NCBI GenBank assembly: GCA_937891465.1
Contig: CALAHF010000176.1
Coordinates: 30,983-54,982, forward strand
Direction: 5' to 3'
Source: an uncultured Verrucomicrobiales bacterium
Lineage (GTDB): Bacteria > Verrucomicrobiota > Verrucomicrobiia > Verrucomicrobiales > DEV007
DNA: 24,000 nt
Positions 16,903-24,000 of the stretch are shown in pieces. The notes beneath the pieces were generated by a model. That model did not search any database, was not told the origin of the DNA, and saw only the letters and a program-made list of their open reading frames with translations. Made by a program: the position numbers and the translations under genes. Within the stretch, counting starts at the first letter, position 1. Every line of letters starts with the position of its first letter.

Positions 16903-18087
16903 ATGAACATTCACGAATACCAAGCCAAAGAGCTTTTCGATAAATTCAATGTTCCTTCTCCCAAGGGAACTGTCGCCAACACACCTGAAGAAGCTCGCGC
17001 AGCGGCTGAAGCAATCACCAGCGGTCAGATCGTGGTGAAAGCTCAAGTCCACGCCGGTGGTCGCGGAAAAGGCACTTTTAAAAACGGTTTTCAGGGCGGG
17101 GTTCACCTCGTTAAAACGGCTGATGAAGCTGCTGAAATCGCCGAGAAAATGATCGGCCAGACGTTGGTGACTCACCAGACCGGCGAAGAAGGAAAGCTTG
17201 TTTCCAAGGTGCTGATTGCTGAAGCGGTCGACATTGAGAAAGAATATTACCTCGCGATTCTGATGGATCGCGACAGCCGCAGCCCAGTGATCGTGATTTC
17301 GACTGAAGGCGGCGTAAATATCGAGGATGTTGCTGAAAATACACCTGAGTTGATTCACAACGAGGCAGTTCACCCACTCGCAGGACTTCAGCCCTATGAA
17401 GTGCGCAAGCTTTGCAAGAAACTCGGTTTCGCAGGCGATCAGGCCAAACAGTTCGCAAAATTGCTCAAGTCACTCTTCAATCTCTTCCTCGAATGTGATT
17501 GTTCGATGGTGGAAATTAATCCACTCGTGACGACTCCGGACGGTCAGGTTCTCGCGCTTGATGCGAAGTTCGATTTCGATGACAACGCGCTTTATCGTCA
17601 GCCAGAAATTGCTGCGATGCACGACCCAACGGAAGAAGATCCTCGTGAAGTTGAAGCTGCGAAATTCGGTCTCAACTACATCGGTCTCGACGGAAACATC
17701 GCCTGTCTCGTAAATGGAGCTGGCCTCGCAATGTCGACGATGGACATCATCAAGCATTACGGTGGTGATCCTGCAAACTTTCTCGACGTAGGGGGTGGCG
17801 CAACTCAGGAGCAAGTTGCAAACGCGTTTAAAATCATTCTTTCGGACCCAAACGTAAAAGGAATCCTCGTTAACATTTTTGGTGGAATCATGGATTGCGA
17901 TGTGATCGCAAAAGGCATCGTTGCTGCATGCGGCGAAGTTGACATGAACATCCCGCTGATCATTCGCCTCGAAGGAAATAACGTGGCGGCTGGACGAGAA
18001 ACGCTCAAGACTTCCGGAATTGATCTCATCACAGGTGATGATCTTGCTGATGCTGCTGAAAAAGTAGTTAAGGCGATCGCAGCGTAA
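16903..18087 (+). CDS. sucC: Succinyl-CoA synthetase (ADP-forming) beta subunit
   Basis: From ATG 16903 the protein begins [18 protein letters not shown], the canonical SucC N-terminus. Conserved blocks follow: [57 protein letters not shown] and [10 protein letters not shown]. The track ORF starts at 16792, but that 37-codon extension overlaps the preceding gene and a terminator hairpin. Confidence 0.97.
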   Translation: MNIHEYQAKELFDKFNVPSPKGTVANTPEEARAAAEAITSGQIVVKAQVHAGGRGKGTFKNGFQGGVHLVKTADEAAEIAEKMIGQTLVTHQTGEEGKLVSKVLIAEAVDIEKEYYLAILMDRDSRSPVIVISTEGGVNIEDVAENTPELIHNEAVHPLAGLQPYEVRKLCKKLGFAGDQAKQFAKLLKSLFNLFLECDCSMVEINPLVTTPDGQVLALDAKFDFDDNALYRQPEIAAMHDPTEEDPREVEAAKFGLNYIGLDGNIACLVNGAGLAMSTMDIIKHYGGDPANFLDVGGGATQEQVANAFKIILSDPNVKGILVNIFGGIMDCDVIAKGIVAACGEVDMNIPLIIRLEGNNVAAGRETLKTSGIDLITGDDLADAAEKVVKAIAA

Positions 18088-18098
18088 ATTTTCAAACG

Positions 18099-18653
18099 AT
18101 GGCGGAAGACGGCTACGGATTTGCACTCGAATTTAATCGGCGATACAGCATGGCTCATCGATTGAATTCTGGGATTGCTCCGAATTGTCAGGTCCCTCAC
18201 GGGCATGACGAGGTCGTTACTGTCGAGTTGGCTGAGAAATCGAATGCAGGTCTTGATCCGGAAACCAACATGCTGGTTGAGTTTTCGAGGATTAAAGGCC
18301 GCTGGTTTCAGTGGATTGATAAATCTGTCGATCACAGCTTTCACCTCGGTCACAAAGATCCGTTGATCACTTATTTTAAAGAAAATGAGGCTCACCTGAT
18401 TCCCAAATTGTTGGTGACACCAGGGGATCCGACCACTGAACTTCGCGCAGCTTGTTATGCTGCAAAACTGGCGGCTTTTCTTGCAGAAGAGAATCCCAAT
18501 TTTTTCTGCAGTCGTCTTGCTATTCAGGAAACGCCCACCAACGCGGTTCTTTTCCGCCCTTCATTTGCTACCGATGTCGTTGCCGCTGGCGCCGAACATT
18601 GGTGGAACCGACCGGATCTTTCGATTAACGAATTTGTTGGGTCCGAAAACTAA
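18099..18653 (+). CDS. 6-pyruvoyl-tetrahydropterin synthase / QueD family protein
   Basis: 184 aa. YSMAHRL ... NCQVPHGH matches the family AAHRL ... C..LHGH zinc and catalytic motif. It is followed by VEFSRIKGRWFQWIDKSVDHSFHL (compare DF..LK......LDH..L). It is 11 bp from the sucC stop and 33 bp from the sucD start, with no hairpins between. Confidence 0.8.
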   Translation: MAEDGYGFALEFNRRYSMAHRLNSGIAPNCQVPHGHDEVVTVELAEKSNAGLDPETNMLVEFSRIKGRWFQWIDKSVDHSFHLGHKDPLITYFKENEAHLIPKLLVTPGDPTTELRAACYAAKLAAFLAEENPNFFCSRLAIQETPTNAVLFRPSFATDVVAAGAEHWWNRPDLSINEFVGSEN

Positions 18654-18686
18654 TACCATTTTACTAAATACTAATCACTCGAAACC

Positions 18687-19580
18687 ATGGCCATTCTCGT
18701 AGACGAAAATACCAAAGTCCTCATTCAGGGCATCACCGGATCATTTGGCGGACGCCACGCCCAACTTAGCCTGGACTATGGCACGCAAGTCGTCGCGGGT
18801 GTGACTCCTGGAAAAGGCGGTCAGAAATTTTCTGACGTTGTTCCTATTTATGACACCGTCGACGAAGCTGTTTCTGAAACAGGCGCGACCGTTTCTGCGA
18901 TTTTCGTTCCACCTCCGTTTGCTGCCGATGCAATTTTGGAAGCCGTCGATGCCGGAGTTGATCTTGCGATCGCAATTACCGAAGGCATTCCTGTGATTGA
19001 CATGATGCGTGTTCGTTCAGCGATGGAAGGATCAAAAACACGTCTTATCGGACCAAACTGCCCGGGCGTTGTTACTCCTGGAACGGGTGAGAATTCTCAC
19101 GGTGGTTGCCGCATCGGGATTGCCCCGGGTTACATCCATAAGCGTGGAAAAGTAGGTGTGGTTTCACGAAGCGGAACGCTCACTTACGAAGCGGTTTGGC
19201 AGCTTTCAGCTCTCGGCCTCGGTCAGAGCACTTGTGTCGGAATCGGTGGCGATCCAATCAACGGAACGTCCCACATCGACGTTTTAAAAATGTTCAACGA
19301 CGATCCAGAGACCGAAGCAATCATCATGATTGGTGAGATTGGCGGAACTGCAGAGGAAGAAGCAGCCGAGTGGGCCGCAGACAACTGCAACAAGCCTATC
19401 GCAGGTTTCATCGCCGGTGCCACAGCACCTCCAGGACGCCGCATGGGTCACGCGGGTGCGATCATTTCCGGCGGAAAAGGAACTGCCGAAGCGAAAAAAG
19501 GCGCGATGAAAGAAGCTGGAATCGTAGTCGCCGAGACCCCTGCCGAAATGGGCAGCGCGCTTGTCGAAGCAATGGGTTAA
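18687..19580 (+). CDS. sucD: Succinyl-CoA synthetase alpha subunit
   Basis: 297 aa. Blocks are [66 protein letters not shown] and the catalytic His loop MGHAGAII. Confidence 0.97.
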   Translation: MAILVDENTKVLIQGITGSFGGRHAQLSLDYGTQVVAGVTPGKGGQKFSDVVPIYDTVDEAVSETGATVSAIFVPPPFAADAILEAVDAGVDLAIAITEGIPVIDMMRVRSAMEGSKTRLIGPNCPGVVTPGTGENSHGGCRIGIAPGYIHKRGKVGVVSRSGTLTYEAVWQLSALGLGQSTCVGIGGDPINGTSHIDVLKMFNDDPETEAIIMIGEIGGTAEEEAAEWAADNCNKPIAGFIAGATAPPGRRMGHAGAIISGGKGTAEAKKGAMKEAGIVVAETPAEMGSALVEAMG

Positions 19581-19599
19581 TCCCCATTTTAGATTTTCA

Positions 19600-19646
19600 C
19601 GAACCAATAGGGTGCGTTCGCCGACCTTACCCTGTTGGTTCGTTTT
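19600..19646 (+). terminator. Rho-independent terminator downstream of sucD, built from a full AAYAGGGT-family element
   Basis: cgaaccaatagggt (19600-19613) pairs with accctgttggttcg (19629-19642). That is 14 bp, with one T opposite G (a G.U pair in plus-sense RNA). The loop is 15 nt, followed by TTTT (19643-19646). Confidence 0.7.
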
Positions 19647-19653
19647 GCCATTT

Positions 19654-19674
19654 CGAAGCAATAGGGTTGCTTCG
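19654..19674. repeat. Single ~21-nt unit of the AAYAGGGT family forming a 6-bp stem-loop
   Basis: cgaagc-AATAGGGTT-gcttcg is a perfect 6-bp stem with the conserved core in the loop. Confidence 0.65.
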
Positions 19675-19734
19675 TAAAAGTGGTTATTTCACTACTTTCT
19701 ACAGTGAAATCGGTTAAATTCTCCGTAGTTCTGA

Positions 19735-21030
19735 ATGGAGAATAGTAACAAATCATCATCCGAACCCAGCGGTATGCGTTCGCTGGGAGCTGTGCTTTTT
19801 GTGCAGGCGCAAAATGCGTTCAACGACAATTTCGTGCGCTTTGTTCTCATGGGACTGGCGATGGCTGTTGCGAGCGGCACGGTATTGGGGGACAAAATTC
19901 AGTTCATCCTCTCGATTTTGATTACGCTTCCATTTATTCTGTTGGCACCAATTGCGGGATATTTTTCGGATCGGTTTTCGAAGCAATCCGTAATTTGGTG
20001 GTGCGCAGTTGCTCAGTTTGGGCTGTTTGTTTTTATTGGTGGATGTGTCTGGTTTCGTCAGATTGAATTCGCCATTGTGGGATTTTTTCTCCTTGCGGTT
20101 CAGTCGACAATTTTTTCACCCGCAAAGCAGGGGATTTTGAAAGAGATTGTGGGAACGCAAAAGTTGGGTTTTGCAAATGGGCTGCTTTCCATGTTGACGA
20201 TGGTGGGAATTTTGGCGGGAATGATTTTTTCGGGTCGATGGTTTGACCATCTTCTGAGGGGATATAACGAGGCGAGTGGCGTGAATTCCGAAAATGTTTG
20301 GAAGGCGGCCTTGATCCCAATTTTGGGGATCGGATTATTTTCTCTGACGGCATTGATCGGAACGAAAATGATTCAAAAGACACCGGAGCATCCTAGTGAG
20401 AAGTTTTCTCGAAGTATCTGGGTGAGGCACTTCGTGCATCTTCGGCAGCTTTTTCAGCAGCCTATTTTACGAAGAACCGCACTTTTTATCACGGCGTATT
20501 GGTTTATCGCCAATTCGTTGTTCTTCTTCTTTGTAGCTTTCGCCAAGAAGATTTATCCAAATGTTCAACAGGCTGGCCTGTCTTCTGCAATCGGGGAAAT
20601 GATGGTCGCAGTTGGTGGCGGATTGATCATTGGAAGTCTTTTGGTGTCTTTTATCAGTCGTAAACGGATTATTTTGAAGCTGTGCATTTTTGGTGCTTTT
20701 GGCATGGCACTTGGTCTTCTTGCAGTAGGTATTGTTGAACCTGGAATCACTCTCTGGTATGGCTGCCTTGGTGTAATTGGATTTTCGAGTGCCTTTTATA
20801 TCGTTCCTCTCAACGCTCATTTACAGGATCAGGCAGACCCCGAAAGCCGCGGACGAGTTATATCTGCGATGAATTTAATGACATCGATCGCGGCTGTTAT
20901 TGCCACTGGGATCGGAATTGTTTTAGATTTAAAACTGGAGCCATCGCAGCAAGTTCTGGTCTTCGTTGTTCCAACGGTCTTGGTTGGTATTTTCATTACA
21001 CTTGCCCAAAAATCGCTTCCGGTTGCGTAA
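19735..21030 (+). CDS. lplT: MFS transporter, lysophospholipid transporter (LplT)-like
   Basis: 431 aa with about 12 hydrophobic segments. The N-terminal QNAFNDNFVRFVLM and GYFSDRFSK are MFS/LplT-like. It sits immediately upstream (30 bp) of an Aas-like acyltransferase, the same pairing as E. coli lplT/aas. Confidence 0.8.
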   Translation: MENSNKSSSEPSGMRSLGAVLFVQAQNAFNDNFVRFVLMGLAMAVASGTVLGDKIQFILSILITLPFILLAPIAGYFSDRFSKQSVIWWCAVAQFGLFVFIGGCVWFRQIEFAIVGFFLLAVQSTIFSPAKQGILKEIVGTQKLGFANGLLSMLTMVGILAGMIFSGRWFDHLLRGYNEASGVNSENVWKAALIPILGIGLFSLTALIGTKMIQKTPEHPSEKFSRSIWVRHFVHLRQLFQQPILRRTALFITAYWFIANSLFFFFVAFAKKIYPNVQQAGLSSAIGEMMVAVGGGLIIGSLLVSFISRKRIILKLCIFGAFGMALGLLAVGIVEPGITLWYGCLGVIGFSSAFYIVPLNAHLQDQADPESRGRVISAMNLMTSIAAVIATGIGIVLDLKLEPSQQVLVFVVPTVLVGIFITLAQKSLPVA

Positions 21031-21060
21031 TTTCTGAATTGTTTTAGGTCACGATTGGAT

Positions 21061-23070
21061 ATGAATTCCCTGCTCCGAGGATTTTTTCGACTTCTACTGT
21101 TACCGCTGATCCGAACGATCTATCGGATTCGGGTGAGCGATGCGACGAACGTACCTGGGCATGGAGGCGTTCTGCTAATCGCGAATCACGTGACCTACAT
21201 TGATGCATTCATCATTTACGCCTCGTGTCCCCGGCCGGTGCGTTTTGTGATCGTAGACCACTATATGAGTTCGAAGCCGGTGGTGTGGTTTTTGCGTTTG
21301 TTCAATGCGATTCCGATCGACAAAAGTAAGCCGAAAGAAGCCATCAAAATTACGGCACAGGCAGTCAAGGATGGCGGCGTGGTTTGTATTTTTCCGGAGG
21401 GCCAGCTCACACGAACTGGCGTGATGAATGAATTACATCGCGGATTTCAACTGATCGCCCGGCAGGCCGACCATCCGGTGATGCCGGTTTACATGGACGG
21501 ATTGTGGGGATCGATTTTTTCTTTTGAGGGCGGCAAATTCATCAAAAAATGGCCGGATCGTCTGCCGTATCCGGTTTCGGTAGCGTTCGGAGAACCACAA
21601 TCGCCGAAGGAGGCCACTCCTGACTGGGCGTTTGAGGCATTGCTGGATGCATCCGTTGTAGCATTTGAAGCACGACATTCGTTTCAATGCAAAGAGCCGC
21701 TGGAGATTGCGTTTGTGCGGGCTTTGAAGAAACGGCCGTGGCAGATCATGTATTCAGAGCACGGCAAGTCGACGCGCGAGCTGAAGCGCAGTCAGGTTTT
21801 GGCAACGGCGATTGCGCTGGCGCGACGTTGGACAAAGGTTCCGCTCGATGACGAAGTGGATCGGATCGCGGTTCTACTTCCGGCGGGTCCTGCACCGGCA
21901 ATGATTAATCTGGCTCTCCTATTGGCCGGGAAAACGCCGGTGAATGTGCCGTTTGAAGTGATTGATGATGATTTGGCCGTTGCAGGATTTTCGAAGACAT
22001 TGAATGAATTGGGCGTCCGGACGATCATTACGTCGAAGCTGTTTGTTCCCCGTCTTGTGGACGTGTGGGAGGCTGACGAGGGACGTTTCATCGACATGAT
22101 GAGAGAGATGCAGGCGGCAGGGGCCGTTCGAATTTTATGCGAACGCATCCGTGCTTATATTGAGCCTACGTTTGTGACTCGTTGGCGTTTAGGGTTGAAT
22201 GAGAGTGCCCGGAATGCCACGACGGATGAAGCGGTTGGATTGGTGCCGGATGTGAATCGGCCTGCTATTTTTCTCACCGGAGCAGAGGTCCAGAAAAACG
22301 CGGCTCAAACGATGTCGACGAATTTTATTCGGCCCAACGATCGCATTTTGTCCGAACTGGCACTCAATACCCCTGAAGGAACTCATCTTTCGCTCTGGGC
22401 TCCACTTTTGAGCGGAAATGGCTGCATCATTAACCGCTCGCTCGCTAAAAAACTCGACCCAAGCTTAATGGAAGCGGTCGCGATTGAAGCCAAGGCAACG
22501 CTGATTGCGATAAACAAAGATGGCGTCGATCAGTTGACGAATTTGGAGGAAAATTGGGGAGGAAGCGCAGCGGTTTTTGTTCGAAATTTCCTGGTTTTTG
22601 GTCGGGAAATTACTGCGGGATCGGTCGAGAAAATTGAGAAAATTACCGGGCTGCCCGCGTGTCGTGGGTGGGGTTCAAAGATCATTGGCCAAATTGTATC
22701 GCTTAGCTTTCCGGATCCGGAAGACGTTCCCAATGATACCCCTGGCCCTGTTGAAAAGCAGATTGGATGCAATCCAGCGTCAGTCGGAAGGCTCTTGCCG
22801 GGCTTTTCGGCTCGGATTGAACGGGATTACGCGAGCCTCTTTAAAATTGGGGAGTTGTCCGTTCGAGCTCCGGTTTCGATCGCCCGAAAGGTGCTGGAAG
22901 CTCGCAAAAAACGAGGGGAAACTTCAGCGATTTTGCCAGAGCAGACTGGGTTGCCTGTGGTGCAAGCAAACCCTGTCGATTCGTTGCTTCAACCCTGTTG
23001 GATCGTCGGGGCGGACAAGGCCCGATTTGATGAGCATGGCCTGCTTTTCCTCGATGAAGAAGTGGATTGA
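21061..23070 (+). CDS. Lysophospholipid acyltransferase (PlsC-type domain) fused to a degenerate acyl-adenylate-forming (AMP-binding-like) domain; Aas-like
   Basis: The ORF is open from TTG 21055. ATG 21061 gives MNSLLRGFFRLLLLPL. The PlsC motifs are intact: NHVTYIDAF (HX4D) and IFPEGQLTRTG. The downstream ~450 aa resemble the N-terminal part of AMP-binding enzymes (IAVLLPAGPAPAMINLALLLAGKTPVNVP). They lack the T/S-G-x-x-G-x-P-K-G loop and end right after the TGD-equivalent position. Confidence 0.85.
   Translation: MNSLLRGFFRLLLLPLIRTIYRIRVSDATNVPGHGGVLLIANHVTYIDAFIIYASCPRPVRFVIVDHYMSSKPVVWFLRLFNAIPIDKSKPKEAIKITAQAVKDGGVVCIFPEGQLTRTGVMNELHRGFQLIARQADHPVMPVYMDGLWGSIFSFEGGKFIKKWPDRLPYPVSVAFGEPQSPKEATPDWAFEALLDASVVAFEARHSFQCKEPLEIAFVRALKKRPWQIMYSEHGKSTRELKRSQVLATAIALARRWTKVPLDDEVDRIAVLLPAGPAPAMINLALLLAGKTPVNVPFEVIDDDLAVAGFSKTLNELGVRTIITSKLFVPRLVDVWEADEGRFIDMMREMQAAGAVRILCERIRAYIEPTFVTRWRLGLNESARNATTDEAVGLVPDVNRPAIFLTGAEVQKNAAQTMSTNFIRPNDRILSELALNTPEGTHLSLWAPLLSGNGCIINRSLAKKLDPSLMEAVAIEAKATLIAINKDGVDQLTNLEENWGGSAAVFVRNFLVFGREITAGSVEKIEKITGLPACRGWGSKIIGQIVSLSFPDPEDVPNDTPGPVEKQIGCNPASVGRLLPGFSARIERDYASLFKIGELSVRAPVSIARKVLEARKKRGETSAILPEQTGLPVVQANPVDSLLQPCWIVGADKARFDEHGLLFLDEEVD
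22966..23006. repeat. Two minus-orientation units of the AAYAGGGT family embedded in the 3' end of the Aas-like CDS
   Basis: Sequence is gcaAACCCTGTcgattcgttgcttcAACCCTGTTggatcg. Its reverse complement reads cgatccAACAGGGTTgaagcaacgaatcgACAGGGTTtgc, which matches the unit consensus CGAnCn-AAYAGGGT-TGnTTCG in part. Confidence 0.45.
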
Positions 23071-23151
23071 TTTGAGGTGGTTGAAATTCTGATTATTTCA
23101 GATATCTTAACTAATTCTGGGGATTCGAATTTCCCCTCGTTTTTCCTCTGA

Positions 23152-24000
23152 ATGAAATCTGCTGCTCCCAAGCGGCCACAGCTTGCTGATTCGCGACTCG
23201 CGAAGGCAGGCTGGGCCATTGTTACCCCCGTTGCCCTGTGGTGTGAAAAACATCCCTGGTTGCGGCTTGTTGCGGGAATCGGGGCGTTTCTTCTCGCCAT
23301 TCTCGGGATCGTTCTATTCGGGATTTTTTTGCATTTTGATCGACTCGCGAGTGCTTATGATCTTCGGCAAATTGCGGTGATGCCTGAAGAATCGACTGTC
23401 TACGATGTTCGAGGCGAAGTGATTGGGTATCTTCATGGCGATGGCCGGACCGTGGTTCCGCTTTCGAAGGTGTCGCCGTATTTTCAAAAAGCGTTGCTGG
23501 CTCGCGAGGATAAGCGTTTTTACAAGCACGGTGGCGTTGACATGATTGGTGCGATGCGTGCCGGTCTGCGAAATACCAAAGACGGCGAAGTGGTTCAGGG
23601 AGCGAGCACGCTGACCATGCAATTGGCGAGGAACACGTTCGGGATGGAGGAAAAAACGATCCGCCGAAAGGTCATTGAAATGGCACTGGCGCGGAAGATG
23701 GACGCTGCTTTTACTAAAGAAGAAATTCTGGAGCTGTATGTGAACCGGATCTTTTTCGGGACGGGTCTGAACGGAATTGAGCAAGCGGCGCAGGGCTATT
23801 TCGGAAAATCTGCGGCGACACTCGATCTGCCGGAATCTGCAATGATTGCCGGAATTATCCGCGCTCCGAATCGGTTTTCGCCCTATCGCCACTACGACGC
23901 AGCGCTCGAAGAAATGCGCGACACGTTGGATCGAATGGTCGCCGAGAAGGCAATCACGAAGGACGAAGCGAAAGTAGCAAAAGATGCTCAGCCAAAAGTG
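23152..24000 (+). CDS. Class A penicillin-binding protein (GT51 transglycosylase domain), N-terminal part; continues past the right edge
   Basis: Absent from the track because it has no stop in the window. From ATG 23152 the frame is open for 283 codons, starting MKSAAPKRPQLADSRL. It has a TM anchor (LVAGIGAFLLAILGIVLFGIFL) and then GT51 signatures: LLAREDKRFYKHGGVD, QGASTLTMQLARN, KEEILELYVNRIFFG and IAGIIRAPNRFSP. Confidence 0.9.
   Translation, partial: MKSAAPKRPQLADSRLAKAGWAIVTPVALWCEKHPWLRLVAGIGAFLLAILGIVLFGIFLHFDRLASAYDLRQIAVMPEESTVYDVRGEVIGYLHGDGRTVVPLSKVSPYFQKALLAREDKRFYKHGGVDMIGAMRAGLRNTKDGEVVQGASTLTMQLARNTFGMEEKTIRRKVIEMALARKMDAAFTKEEILELYVNRIFFGTGLNGIEQAAQGYFGKSAATLDLPESAMIAGIIRAPNRFSPYRHYDAALEEMRDTLDRMVAEKAITKDEAKVAKDAQPKV

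Noticed and set aside
16157-18395. Long minus-strand ORFs (16157..16762, 16765..17373, 17470..18126, 17805..18395; 196-218 aa) antisense to the DUF1080 gene and sucC
   Set aside because: They lie fully opposite strongly conserved genes (sucC is unambiguous). Their translations are low-complexity and R/S/F-rich with no family motifs. They are best explained by sense-strand codon bias suppressing antisense stops.
23119-23146. ggggattcgaatttcccc followed by tcgttttt, considered as a tRNA T-arm-like sequence or as a terminator after the Aas-like gene
   Set aside because: No acceptor, D or anticodon stems can be drawn in the 81-bp spacer, so it is not a tRNA. As a terminator, the stem is only about 5 bp with an internal mismatch, which is too weak to report as a feature.
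1-24000. Mobile elements, genomic-island boundaries, CRISPR arrays, toxin-antitoxin or known defence systems
   Set aside because: I saw no integrase or transposase-like ORFs, no long direct or inverted terminal repeats, and no spacer-repeat arrays. By eye there is no sharp compositional break. The helicase looks like a housekeeping Ski2/HelY type, without nuclease or methylase partners.

Overview
This looks like a densely packed chromosomal region at roughly 50% GC by eye. I can support 16 protein-coding loci on both strands. I saw no rRNA, tRNA, CRISPR array, transposase, integrase or recognisable defence genes.

Gene order, left to right:
- a PQQ-like beta-propeller protein (partial; missing from the ORF track because it runs off the left edge)
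- a family-9 glycosyltransferase that looks broken by two in-frame stops
- a Ski2/HelY-like helicase
- an OpcA-family protein
- a translationally coupled pair: a 2022-aa secreted helical-repeat (TPR-like) protein and a disordered basic lipoprotein
- an SRAP (YedK-like) protein
- an arsS-arsM organoarsenical pair
- a DUF1080 protein
- sucC, a QueD/PTPS-like gene, and sucD
- an lplT-like MFS transporter with an Aas-like acyltransferase
- the N-terminus of a class A PBP (partial; also missing from the track)

The gene content and the absence of Shine-Dalgarno sequences suggest a PVC-group (Verrucomicrobiota-like) organism. That is inference only.

The least expected signal is non-coding. A short palindromic repeat family built on the core AAYAGGGT / ACCCTRTT recurs at least 9 times. 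It lies almost only in the small amount of intergenic DNA and at the extreme 3' ends of two genes. Three full copies share an invariant 31-nt architecture.

The best candidate for an undescribed protein system is the giant TPR protein plus lipoprotein pair. I cannot assign it a function from sequence alone.
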